A DNA stretch of 64,000 nt. Source: the human T2T-CHM13v2.0 reference genome, Homo sapiens. Below are positions 28,894 to 44,589 of this stretch, one piece after another. The notes under the pieces are model-generated. The model worked only from the letters and a program-made list of their open reading frames with translations. It ran no database searches and was not told where the DNA came from. Made by a program: the position numbers and the translations under genes. The DNA lies in assembly GCF_009914755.1 (NCBI RefSeq), contig NC_060948.1. The stretch is one strand, 5' to 3'. Every line of letters starts with the position of its first letter. Within the stretch, counting starts at the first letter, position 1.

Positions 28894-29318
28894 AAACTAA
28901 CTGCAAATTTTATAGTAACTTTCATAAAGAGGTAGTGTGTCTATAGACTGACAGTATATGCTTTAAATTAGCTAATTGTTATAACACACAAGGAAAGAAA
29001 GAATGTGTAGAATTGGCATTGAAAAAAAAAATCCAGCACTGTGGGACATAAGTGGTAAAAGAAAAAAAAAAGAGCTACCAATTAATATGATTTCATTCCA
29101 ATATTCTCAAGGGATATCCATGTGCTGGTTATGATAAATTCTGTATAGGCCAGTATTAAGTATTAGTAAAATGCAGGTGTTAACTGTGGACTCTGGAAAG
29201 CTTCAAATAGAGACTAATGACATGAGTGCCACAGGATTATCTCTTAGGAAGTTATATACATATTTAATTAAAATGAGTTTTTTTAGCGACTCACCACATT
29301 CCTTAAAGTTGAAATTTT

Positions 29319-29612
29319 GGCCGGGCATGGTGGCTCACACCTATAATCCCAGCACTTTGGGAAGCTGAAGTAGATGGATCACAAGGTCAGGAGACCAAGA
29401 CCATCCTGGCTAACATGGTGAAACCCCATCTCTACTAAAAAAGTACAAAAAATTAGCCAGGTGTGGTGACAGGCACCTGTAGTCCCAGCTACTGAGGAGG
29501 CTGAGGTAAGAGAATGACGTGAATCCAGGAAGCAGAGCTTGTAGTAAGCCGAGATCACACCACTGCATTCCAGCCTGGGCAACAGAGTGAGACTCCATCT
29601 CAAAAAAAAAAA
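29319..29612 (+). mobile_element. AluY/Sc-like
   Basis: ggccgggcatggtggctcac...accatcctggctaacatgg...gagcttg.agt; poly-A. Confidence 0.95.
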
Positions 29613-30340
29613 GTAAATTTTCAAGACTGACCATTTTTCAGTCTGCTAGCTAATGAGTATTCCTACAAATCTACAGCATGACCAAGTGTTCCTGACTCTG
29701 TATTTGCCTTCCCTTTCCCTTATAAACCTGATTTTGCTTTTGACCACTGACAACTCATCTAACATCTCTTTCATTTATAAGTGACCCAATTATTACTAGC
29801 CAGATAGCTAAACATCTCTGAGTTATTCTTTGACAGCCTATATTTTGAGATTTTAAAATATCAATTACCGCACAAAAGTTTCTATCATGGTTATCAACAG
29901 AACATGTAACCTTCTTTCGTTCCTCACCCAAACCTCCACCCCTTGAGTTTCCTTGTCACCTTCTTACCATCATCTGTAAATTTCAATTAAGGTGAGCAAG
30001 TGTGTTGGCTTCTAAGTCATGAAGCTTATTGTTGTCCAAGTGTATTCTTAGATGTGATTCTGGTTTGCACATAGCTGATTATCTGTCTACACTGGTGGCA
30101 GTAGTAGAGAAAGACTTTTAAATTAGTTTGTTTTGTGTATTTCATCAGTAGTTTTATGTGGATATTTAAGGTAGTAAAGAATACAGAATTCAGTTTGCAT
30201 TTGCATTTCTGTGTGTTTACCTTGAGAATTCTGATATCTCTTGGCATTAGAGAATATGTGGCTGACAAGTTGTTACTGTTTTGTGTTTCAGGCCAAATAA
30301 TCCTTTGTTTGTGAGTTCATGTATGTGAGTGTACTCAGGC

Positions 30341-31053
30341 TGTTAGAGTAGGCAGTTAGGAAGACATGAGCAGCCTGGAGAGGCCCCGCTCCCCTGCTGG
30401 GAATGTCAGGTGACCATTAGGTGATGGTAAGGTGGTTGTTAAACTATCTCTGTAAAATAATAATTGGTCACAGCCAGCACCAAGGAAAGGCAGTCTCCCA
30501 ATAGAGAGAAAACACCTGAAGCTGGTTATCAGCAGCTTCCCAATAAGGTCTTGTGAACTAGGCAAGAGGGCTCAAGCATGTGCACTAAAAAGCAAAATGG
30601 TGGAGGAGTTTAACGTGTATATGATCTTCCTGAAGGAACATTTGACTGGTTAGGGAAAAATGCCTCAACTGAGCATGCACACAACTTCAGTAGACACACT
30701 GTGCACGCGGACCCTCCCAAGTGCTGGCAGGGCACTGCACATGGTGACAGCCTACCCCAAGGGAAAAATCAAGGGAGGAAAAACACAAACCGTGAAGCCA
30801 TGCCAAGGTATACAACCCCAAGTCCAGGGCTGAACCAGGCATTTAGATTTCTCAAGTCACCCACTTAGACTTCTTCCAAGTGTACTTTGCTTTCTTTGCC
30901 TCCTGCTCTAAATATTTTCAATAAACGCTCAGTCCTACTGTTAAATTTACCTTGGACTCTCCCTCTGCCTTATGCACCTAAGGCAAATTCTTTTCTCTGA
31001 GGAGGCAAGGAGTGAGTTTGCTGCAGACCATTATGGATTTGCCACTGGTAAAA
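30341..31053 (+). mobile_element. MER50-like ERV1 solo LTR
   Basis: tgttagagtaggcagttagg.agacatgagcag...aataaa...ggatttgccactggtaa; TSD aggc/atgc. Confidence 0.82.
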
Positions 31054-31306
31054 ATGCAGCCACTTCATCTAACCCTACACATTTCAGAGCCTGTTGCTTC
31101 TCCCAAGCTTTAGGGTCTATGTTTACTCACTGTCGGCTTCATAATTATCAGGATCTATAAAAAGCAATTTTTATATCAAGGATGGTCTTCATGTAGCGTC
31201 AACCCAGGGGAAGCTATTCATTTTAAGAAAACATTATTCCTATAAATGGCCTCATAACAGAAAGGAAGCCAATCTAACATTCTATGAATACGCTTAGACA
31301 AGCACA

Positions 31307-32173
31307 TAGACAGTCTTCAACTTAAGATGGCTAGGCTGAAGACTTTTTTTGCCTTTACAATTGTGCAAAATGGATATGCACTCAGTAGAAACTGTAAGAG
31401 TTAAAGAAAGAGGAAAGAAATACAAAATATGGCTCAACAGTTAAAAATAGATTTATTTTAGAGAAAATAAACCTGAGAGGGGCTTCTGGCCAATTTTGGT
31501 CAGGAGCACTTTCTCTTGTAGACTAAGAGTATGTATTGGTTTTAGGGTAAGGGGGATTATTCCAAGCACAGAATGTTTCTGTGTTAGGGAGGAGCTTTAT
31601 GGCAGGAATGGAATGTCTTTGGGCAGAGGTGAGGTTATCTTGGGACTGGTATCTTCCCAGCCAGTATGGGTTTATCTTGGGGCTAGCATGTTTCTGGCCG
31701 GGGGGAGGGAGTTTGGAATGTTTTTATGGCTAGAGATGTTATTAGTGATTTATGGACATGCTAACCTTAGCCATTAGGCTGATGCCCTTTGGATTCAGGC
31801 AGTTTTTGTTTAAGGTGAATTTTAGAATGAGGGGCTATAGAAAGAATGAGGAACTTTAGAAAGATGGTGATGCTCCTGCTCTGTCAGAAACTATACTTCA
31901 AGTACCTATACAACCATTCTGTTTTATACTTTCAGTACAGTATTCAATAAAAATACATGAATTTGACAACATTGTGTCATAAAATAGGCTTTGAGTTGGG
32001 ATGATGTTACCCAACTGTAGGCTGATATAAGTGTTCTGAGAATGTTTAAGGTAGGTTGGGCTAAGCTATCATGTTTGGGAGGTTAAGTGTATTAAAGCAT
32101 TTTCAACTTATACACATTTTTATTACAATGGATGTATCATGACATAAGCCCATTGTAAGGTGAGGAACATCTT
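31307..32173 (-). mobile_element. MER47A-like Tigger MITE, interrupted by a solo LTR
   Basis: cagtagaaac|tatacttcaagtac...aagtgttctgag.atgtttaaggtagg...cccattgtaag.tgagga.catct. Confidence 0.85.
31393..31886 (-). mobile_element. MER83-like solo LTR
   Basis: Reverse complement of the provirus LTRs at 46143 and 51803; perfect 5-bp TSD GAAAC (31388-31392, 31887-31891). Confidence 0.92.
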
Positions 32174-33456
32174 CCTAGGGAATAATAGAATCAATTAAGT
32201 TATTAATAATGAAGATCATGGCAGGCCTCTTGAAATAAGGTCAATGAAATGAATGAAGAGAAACTTACCTTTAGAAATTACATGCATAATTCTTTTAAAT
32301 AGAGGTTCTGGTAGTCAATAAAACAAGTACTTAATAATTCCTCAAATCTCAAGCCAATTCAACCCCTTACAAAAACTAATGAAAACAAATGCAATTATTA
32401 TAATAGTCCTGGATGTAGAATGGCATGCCATCTTCATAACATAATCATAAAGCACTTTTATTCTTAGTGCACCTATTCCTTCCAGCATATAATGGGCCTC
32501 AAGTATATGGATTTGTTCCTTAATCAATTACCATTTAAAGTAGGCAGCAATGCATCTAAATCCCACATCTCCTGCTGCTTCATCAAAACGCATTCCCCTA
32601 GTTTCCTTTGGAATTAGGCAAAACGTTTCTATGTTATTACTTTGAAATATTTTTCAGAATAAGAATGCTATTCTTTGAATAATCTTAATGATAATGAATT
32701 AGACTATAGGTTTTCTTAAAATTTAACTGAGCAAATATTATGGTTGGCTTATAGAAACCAATAATGACTCATAAACATTTCAACCAAAAAAACTCAAATT
32801 TCTGAAAAAGAAATTGTATTCCATATGCTGTAATTGTTTTGCTTCCTTATGATATATAAATGTAGTTATATCTCTATATATAAATAGTCACATATATAGT
32901 AACTATATTATTTTTATAAACAAAATTATGGCGTTTTACATATATATGTGGAGTTATAGTCAAATACATGTAGTTATATATCATTTTTTGTTTGCTTTCT
33001 GATCTAACCCACATGTTAAGAGGAAAAAATGGTTCAAATTTTACTTTAATTAATGGTCTTCATTAGTAGTTTGCAAGAAAGGTATGCAAATTGTACTTCA
33101 ATATTTTACCCTTTTAATTTGTTTAAATATTTGGTTAGTATCCCTAAGGAAAAAAATAAAGTTTAAATAATATTGGCAACTAAGTTACTCTTTGGACAAA
33201 GTAGATACATGAAATAATTTTGTTTTATAAATTGTTTTTATTATTATTATCATTATACTTTAAGTTTTAGGGTACATGTGTACAATGTGCAGGTTAGTTA
33301 CATATGTATACATGTGTCATGCTGGTGTGCTTCACCCACTAACTCGTCATCTAGCATTAGGTCTATCTCCCAGTGCTATCCCTCCCCCCTCCCCCAACCC
33401 CATAACAGTCCCCAGAGTGTGATGTTCCCGTTCCTGTGTCCATGTGTTCTCACTGT

Positions 33457-37308
<3,852 letters not shown>

Positions 37309-37356
37309 TTATTTTTCTCATTAGTTGATGCAGTTTCTTCCTAGTCTCGATGGTCT

Positions 37357-38371
37357 TTACACTTTGGCATGATTTTGCAGCTGCTGGTACCGGTTGTTCC
37401 TTTCCATGTTTAGCGCTTCCTTCAGGAGCTCTTTTAGGGCAGGCCTGGTGGTGACAAAATCTCTCAGCATTTGCTTGTCTGTAAAGGATTTTATTTCTCC
37501 TTCACTTATGAGCTTAGTTTGGCTGGATATGAAATTCTGGGTTGAAAATTCTTTTCTTCAAGAATGTTGAATATTGGCCCCCATTCTCTTCTGGCTTGTA
37601 GAGTTTCTGCTGAGACATCTGCTGTTAGTCTGATGGGCTTCCCTTTGAGGGTAACACAACCTTTCTCTCTGGCTGCCCTTAACATTTTTTCCTTCATTTC
37701 AACTTTGGGGAATCTGACAATTATGTGTCTTGGAGTTGCTGTTCTTGAGGAGTATCTTTGTGGCATTCTCTGTATTTCCTGAATCTGAATGTTGGCCTGC
37801 CTTGCTAGATTGGGGAATTTCTCCTGGATAATATCCTGCAGAGTGTTTTCCAACTTGGTTCCATTCTCCTTGTCACTTTCAGGTACATCAATCAGATGTA
37901 GATTTGGGCTTTTCACATAGTCCCATATTTCTTGGAGGCTTTGTTCGTTTCTTTGTATTCTTTTTTCTCTAAACTTCCCTTCTCACTTCATTTCATTCAT
38001 TTCATCTTCCAATGCTGATACCCTTTCTTCCAGTTGATTGCATTGGTTCCTGAGGCTTCTGCATTCTTCACGTAGTTCTTGAGCCTGGTTTTCAGCTCCA
38101 TCAGCTCCTTTAAGCACTTCTCTGTATTGGTTATTCTAGCTATACATTCTTCTAAATTTTTTTCAAAGTTTTCAACTTCTTTGACTTTGGTTTGAATATC
38201 GTCCTGTAGCTCAGAGTAATTTGATCGTCTGAACCATTCTTCTCTCAGTTTGTCAAAGTCATTGTCCGTCCAGCTTTGTTCCGTTGCTGGTGAGGAACTG
38301 CGTTCCTTTGGAGGAGGAGAGGTGCTCTGCTTTTTAGAGTTTCCAGTTTTTCTGCTCTGTTTTTTCCCCAT
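37357..38371 (-). pseudogene. L1 ORF1 (RNA-binding protein), frameshifted
   Basis: MGKKQSRKTGNSKKQSTSPPPKERSSSPATEQSW and REKG/LQARREW fragments; single-base deletions near 38085 and 37510. Confidence 0.95.
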
Positions 38372-38379
38372 CTTTGTGG

Positions 38380-39290
38380 TTTTATCTACTTTTGGTCTTT
38401 GATGATGATGATGTACAGATGGGTTTTTGGTGTGGATGTCCTTTCTGTTTGTTAGTTTTCCTTCTAACAGAGAGGACCCTCAGCTGCAGGTCTGTTGGAG
38501 TACCTGGCCGTGTGAGGTGTCAGTCTGTCCCTGCTGGGGGATGCCTCCCAGTTAGGCTGCTCAGGGGTCAGGGGTCAGGGATCCATTTGAGGAGGCAGTC
38601 TGCCCATTCTCAGATCTCCAGCTGCGTGCTGGGAGAACCACTGCTCTCTTCAAAGCTGTGAGACAGGGACATTTAAGTCTGCAGAGGTTACTGCTGTCTT
38701 TTTTTTTTGTCTGTGCCCTGCCCCGAGAGGTGGAGCCTACAGAGGCAGGCAGGCCTCCTTGAGCTGTGGTGGGCTCCACCCAGTTCAAGCCTCCTGGCTG
38801 TTTTGTTTAGCTAAGCAAGCCTGGGCAATGGCAGGCGCCCCTCCCCCAGCCTCATTGCTGACTTGCAGTTTGATCTCAGATTGCTGTGCTAGCAATCAGC
38901 GAGACTCCCTGGGTGTAGGACCCTCCGAGCCAGGTGCGAGATATAATCTCATGGTGCGCCATTTTTTAAGCTTGCCAGAAAAGCGCAGTCTTCGAGTGGG
39001 AGTGACCCAATTTTCCAGGTGCCATCTGTCACCCCTTTCTTTGACTAGTAAAGGGAACTCCTTGACCCCTTGCACTTCCCGAGTGAGGCAATGCCTCGCC
39101 CTGCTTTGTCTGGCACATGGTGCGCTGCACCCACTGACCTGCGCCCTCTGTCTGGCACTCCCTAGTGAGATGAACCTGGTACCTCAGATGGAAATGCAGA
39201 AATCACCCATCTTCTGTGTCACTCACTCTGGGAGCTGTAGACCAGAGCTGTTCCTATTCAGCCATCTTGTATCTTGGCTCCTCCCCGCCC
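38380..39290. promoter_or_regulatory. L1 5'UTR with sense and antisense promoters; YY1-like site near 39260-39270
   Basis: Position within the full-length L1; CAAGATGGCTG on the minus strand; CpG decay suggests methylation. Confidence 0.7.
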
Positions 39291-39301
39291 TTGTTTTATA
39301 A
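38828..39301 (+). CDS. L1 antisense ORF0, open and extended to 157 codons (expression unknown)
   Basis: ATG in GCAATGG context; MAGAPPPASLLTCSLISDCCASNQRDS.. matches the ORF0 N-terminus; no stop until TAA inside the TSD. Confidence 0.55.
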   Translation: MAGAPPPASLLTCSLISDCCASNQRDSLGVGPSEPGARYNLMVRHFLSLPEKRSLRVGVTQFSRCHLSPLSLTSKGNSLTPCTSRVRQCLALLCLAHGALHPLTCALCLALPSEMNLVPQMEMQKSPIFCVTHSGSCRPELFLFSHLVSWLLPALVL

Positions 39302-39865
39302 ATTGTTATTGGACTTGCCTCAATGTCATTAGAATGCCAAATAATGTTACCTTAATATTCTTATTCTCAATTTAGGTTTTCTTAAAAACCTGATTTGAGT
39401 TATCTATGTTGCTTACATTGATTTATGTTAATTATGCACCAGTATCACAGTCAGTAACCATTAAGGTTATAAAAATAATACAACTAGGTTTCTTATAAAA
39501 CTGAATTATGATATACCATGTCAACATAAGGAATTGAGTTCACTGTTATACCCAAAGAAAAATAAAAATGTAAACATAGGCAAAACTATATTAAAACCCT
39601 TTAAAATTAGTTTCAAATATTGAATTAATGTCAGCTTCTTCACTCTTCATAAAAAGAGTAGGTGGATGCTATTTTATTTTTCATTTCAATAAATTAAGAA
39701 GCACAATTTTAAAGCCTATGACTTAAATAGACTATACTAAGTGAGCCAAAGAGACTCAACTGTTTATTTACCCAAGCAAATTAAATTAACAGAAAAATAG
39801 AAAAGACAAAAAACTAAGAGAAGAATAAAGAGAATGAAGGGGCCCAACGGAAGATTTTGTAAGAG

Positions 39866-40170
39866 GGCCAGGCACAGTTGCTACATGCCTACAATTCTAG
39901 CATTTTCGGGAGGCAAGGTGGACTGGACTCTTCAGGAGTTAAGACCAGCCTGGGCCACAAGGCAAGAACCTATCTCTACAAAAATTACAAAATTACAAAA
40001 ATTAGCCAGGAGTATTTTTGGCAATGTGCATCAGCGTTCCCAGCTATTTGGTAGGCTGAGGTGAGAGGATCACTTGAGCCTGGGGAGGCTGAAGCTGCAG
40101 TGACTTATGACTACACCACTGCACTCCAGCCTGAGTGACAGAGCAAGACCTTGTCGCAAAACAAACAGAA
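39866..40170 (+). mobile_element. AluJ
   Basis: Diverged dimer with a duplicated linker (aaaattacaaaattacaaaa). Confidence 0.9.
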
Positions 40171-41487
40171 AATTGTTTTTAAGAGAAGTGGAACAAGAAG
40201 AGAAAAAAGATGTCTAAAGATACATCTCAAAAGAAAAAAAATACATAATTAAAACAGAAAGAAAACATCTTCAAAGAAAAAAATGGCAAAAATCATTGGG
40301 AGCATATTATTTCTAAAAATATAAAACATGATACAGAAACAAGTATTAATAGATGAGTTGTCAGAAATCATTGCCTGCACAAGATAATAACTTATGAAAT
40401 CTTCAAGGTGTAGGTTTAAGGAGAGATATCAGTGTTGGTGTGTACGTGTAGCTTGTAAGATTTCTAGACAAGCAAGCAATCAGGTTTTAAATTGTATTTG
40501 AAAGGATTAGATTCAACTGCCTGTTAAGACTGTTTAGGAAAAAATAAGAAAATGAACACTCAGGCATCTATAGAGAACGTGAAAGTTTCAGAAAGGGTAA
40601 AATAAAGTATCTACAATCGTGCTCTAAAAGAAATATGGAGAAATGTCAAATAAAAAACAAAATTGTGTTGTCTAACAAAAGCCTGTGTTTCAAAACCTGG
40701 AAGTGGTATCAGGTATCATAGGACTACATGGTATCACATATCTTAGGGATATAAGGTCATGTTAATAAGTAACTTTTGGGGTAGCAAACACAAGCTAACT
40801 AAATCCAAGGAACAACCTCCTTGTAATCTGTTAAATTCTGGTGAACATGGCAGAGAGTTTCTGCCTGATACACATAATATATTCCCAAGATTTTTATAAT
40901 GTAACTTTCATTTTTACCTTAAGTTTTTGAGAAGGGGCCAGAGTAAGAAAATAATTTCACCCGTAGCCACTAAACCCAATACAATTTACCTTTTTTTCTG
41001 ATGTAATTTGATCTTCAGAACCAGCTCCTAATGTTCTTCCAAGAAAATGTGTAATTCCAGAAAATTTCTTACGTAGCCACATATACTGGATACAATGGAC
41101 TTCCAGACTTGCCCAGACTTTTCTGAAACTTTAGCTGAAACAAGGGTAGAGTGTCAAGTTTCCCTGCTCAACAAAAACAATTTTACCTACTCTCCAATTA
41201 AAGGATTTCCAGTAGGAAAAAAAAAATGACTACTCTTAAACAGGTTTCAAGCTCATGAGAGGCATAAAAGAAATAGACAAATCTATTATGAAAGACTTGA
41301 ATGCCATTCATGTTTAAACCCTAAGGCATGTGAAAGATATGTGTAAATTAAAAACCATCACATACATTTATGTTGTAATTTGTTTTCCTCTATAGTGTTA
41401 AATTTCACTATGCAACTCTGGAATTGCAATTAATTAGGCAACATTTAAAGTATATACAATTTATGGAAGGGAGTTGTTTTGGACTTA

Positions 41488-42190
41488 TGTCCTATACCAG
41501 GTCCCAACAGACCAAATTATAATAGAGTCACTCATACTAAGTGCTACATAACAAAAGTGAAATTTTAAGGAAGGTGGAAGATTTTAAACCAATTAGTTTC
41601 ACTTAAGAACAGGTAAGTTACAGCAACTAATCAGAAAGGGCCCAGGTAACCTAAGCCAGCATATGTCCTCTCTGCTTTAAACCTTACAAGAAAAATGACC
41701 TGAAGTAACCTGACATTTACTAATCTACTTCTTTAGATTGTTCTATTCATTTGTTCCCATCTTATACAACCCATTGTTGTGTCATGCACAGTGGGAGCTC
41801 TTTTGTTTTGAGGCAGAGTCTCACTATGTCACCCAGCCATGAGTGCTGTGGCATGATCTCAGCTCAGTGCAATGTCCACCTCCTGAGTTCAAGTGATTCT
41901 TGTGCCTCAGCCTCCCAAGCAGCCGGGATTACAGACTTGCACCACGACACCTAGCTAATTTTTGTAATTTTAGTAGAGACAGGGTTTCACTATGTTGGCC
42001 AGGCTGTTATCAAACTCCTGACCTCATGGAATCTGCTGGCCTTGGCCTCCCAAAGTGCTGGGATTACAGGTGTGAGCCACCACACCTGGCCTGGAGCTTT
42101 TATTGTATTTTAGAGAATGGGTTGCTACCACTTCATAAATTGCAAATAAATGCCAATTAAGTCTTAAAATAAATTTGGCCTTTTTTTTGT
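41488..42190 (+). mobile_element. ERV1 LTR (MER57/MER65-group, tentative), interrupted by an Alu
   Basis: cagaccaaa..a.aatagagtcactcat.cta..., cagcaactaatcaga (CCAAT-like), gcaaataaatgccaattaag. Confidence 0.55.
41801..42093 (-). mobile_element. AluS
   Basis: Full antisense dimer; TSD-like ggagctcttt/ggagctttt. Confidence 0.93.
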
Positions 42191-42767
42191 TTATATGTGT
42201 TTTACAAAGTGTGCACGTTTTGTGCATGCATTTTTACTGTATATAAGTTGTATTATATTATCATTATTTATGTTAAAGTAATGCTAGCTGCCATCATAGA
42301 TAATGTCCAAACTTTGGTAATGGAGCACAATAAAATTTCTTGTTGACAAAAAAAAAAAACTATGTGTTATAATTTTAATTTTTGATGGAAGAATCCCAAT
42401 GAGAAAGCTTTCTGCAAAGGCATTGAAAAGGCTGGAAAAAGCAACTGCTATGTGACAAAGAAGTAAAAATTATTCTAATGTGAAAAACGCTGTATTCTGA
42501 AATTCTATTCTGTTTTATATATTGGGATAACTTCGTAACTTGAATATATTGAACAATTGAGTTATATTATCTAATCAAACTTTGAGCCTATCACAAAATT
42601 AGCCCCCTACTTCCACCCCAGGGAGACAATGCCACTTCTCTTAGTATAGCCCAACAGTCTAGGTGCTGGACTTACCTGGCAGGACTTGCAATCATGGAAA
42701 TCAAGGCCATTGATGGTCGAGCTTCTGGAAGAAATGTGTCAACTGCAGAATCATGAGGTTCATAAAT

Positions 42768-43864
42768 TGTGAAAGGGGAACTGTATTTCTCATAATGGGT
42801 TGCAGCCTGCAAATTGGTCATCTCAAAGGCTGGGAAGTATAGCTTCTGGAAAAACCTGAGCGAGAGAACATTGAGGGAGAGAATAATAAAATAATAATTT
42901 ATGCTGAATGGATTGGCTAAGTGTATATATATTCAATGAGCTACAAGAAGAGTCATAAATATTTATGAAAGGAGAAACATGCACACGCACAGCTGAGCTT
43001 CATTCCTCTTCATTAAGAAAGTTTATTAAGAAAGTGAAGGAATAAAAGAATGGCTACTCCATAGACAAAGCAAACCTGAAGGTTACTGGTTGCCCATGTT
43101 TCTGGTTATTTCTTGATTATATTCTAAACTAGGGGTGGATTATTGATGGCTTCCTTTGTAGATCATATAGGGGAACTTCCTGATGTTTCCACGGCATCTA
43201 AACTGTGATGGCACTGGCGGGACTGTAGCAGTGAGGACACACACACAAAAAAAATGGTGGGCTGAGTGCCATGGCTCATTCCTGTAGTCCCAGCTACTCA
43301 GGAGGCTGAAATGAGAGCATAGCTTGAGCCCAGGAGTCAGAGGCTGCAGTGAGCTGTGATTGCACCACTACATTCAAGTCTAGGTGGCAGGTGAAAACCC
43401 TGTGTCACACACACACACACACACATCAGGATGGGAACAGCATGACATGGGGGTGAAGTTGTCAGCCCTCTGATGTTAAAAGGTGAAAGAGAACACACAA
43501 AAACACTCAGTGTGCATCCTCCATGACAGGATGGTCAGGTTTTAAAAAAGGATGCCTTGTGAAATTAGTAAGCTGTCATTACAAAATTGTAAAGAGGGAG
43601 AGAGGACTAGTGGTGACCTCCGATGACTGACTAAGGGCCAAAAAAGAAGTCCTGTCCTCTGTTTCTTGTTTCCAAAGCTGGTTCCAGTTTACTACTTAGG
43701 AAATAATTCTGGTTAAAGGTTAACAAGAAAAGGGCATACAGAGGCAAATCCAACCTCCTATCCAGCCAGGGGTGAGAACTGAGTTTTGAAGCCTGGAGTC
43801 CCCATGTCCAACAGGGGGTCCATTCAGTTAATTAGGGGGATTAGGATTTTACTTTTATTTCTCA
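42768..43864 (-). mobile_element. MER66-like ERV1 LTR containing a MER41 fragment and an Alu right monomer (~43259-43425)
   Basis: Ends gggggtccattcagtt..ttagggggattaggatttt..ttttatttctca, the reverse complement of the MER66-group start. Confidence 0.7.
43012..43238 (-). mobile_element. Internal MER41 fragment (~220 bp)
   Basis: Direct-repeat copy of ~44028-44247. Confidence 0.88.
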
Positions 43865-43931
43865 GAAGAGATATTGAATTACTTGGATTTTAACCTCCTT
43901 TCTCCTTTCAGGTTCTACCATAGCCTCTCAT

Positions 43932-44480
43932 TGTTACACAAAGAGGGTCCCCATCCAGACCCCAAGAGAGGGTTCTTGTATCTTGTGCAAGAAATAATTC
44001 AGTGTGATTCCAGAGTAAAGTGAAAGCAAGTTTATTAAGAAAGTGAAGAAATAAAAGAATGGCCACTCCATAGACAAAGCAGACCTGAAGGTTACTGGTT
44101 GCCCATTTTTATGGTTATTTCTTGATTACATTCTAAACAAGGGGTGGGTTACTGAGGGCTCCCCTTTTAGATCCTATAGGGGAACATACTGATGCTTCCA
44201 TGGCATCTAAACTGTGATGGCACTGGTGGGAGTGTAGCAATGAGGGCAAGCACATGTCACTCTCATTGTCATCTTGGTTTTGGTGGGTTTTGGCCAGCTT
44301 CTTTACTGGAACCTGTTTTATCAGCAAGGTCCTTATGGCCTATATCTTGTGCCTATCTCCTATCTCATACAGTGACTTAGAATGTCTTAACCATATGGGA
44401 ATGCAGCCTAGTAGGTCTCAGCCTCATTTTACCCAGCCTCTCTTCAAGATGGAGTTGTTCTGGTTCAAATGCCTCTGACA
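43932..44480 (-). mobile_element. MER41A-like solo LTR
   Basis: tgttac...ggtccccatccagaccccaagagagggttcttg...caagatggagttg.tctggttcaaa.gcctctgaca; 549 bp; TSD tcat/ccat; no tandem GAS block seen. Confidence 0.88.
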
Positions 44481-44589
44481 CCATTGACTGAAATCAATTA
44501 AAGATACCTCTTGGCGATGGACCATGGAATTGCATGTGAAGAGAAATAAATGTGAGAATGGCTGTTAGATCAAAGAAAGAAAGGACCAA

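Noticed and set aside
43932-44480. Interferon-inducible MER41 STAT1 enhancer
   Set aside because: The length and the absence of the tandem GAS (TTCCNGGAA) block indicate the MER41A type rather than MER41B.
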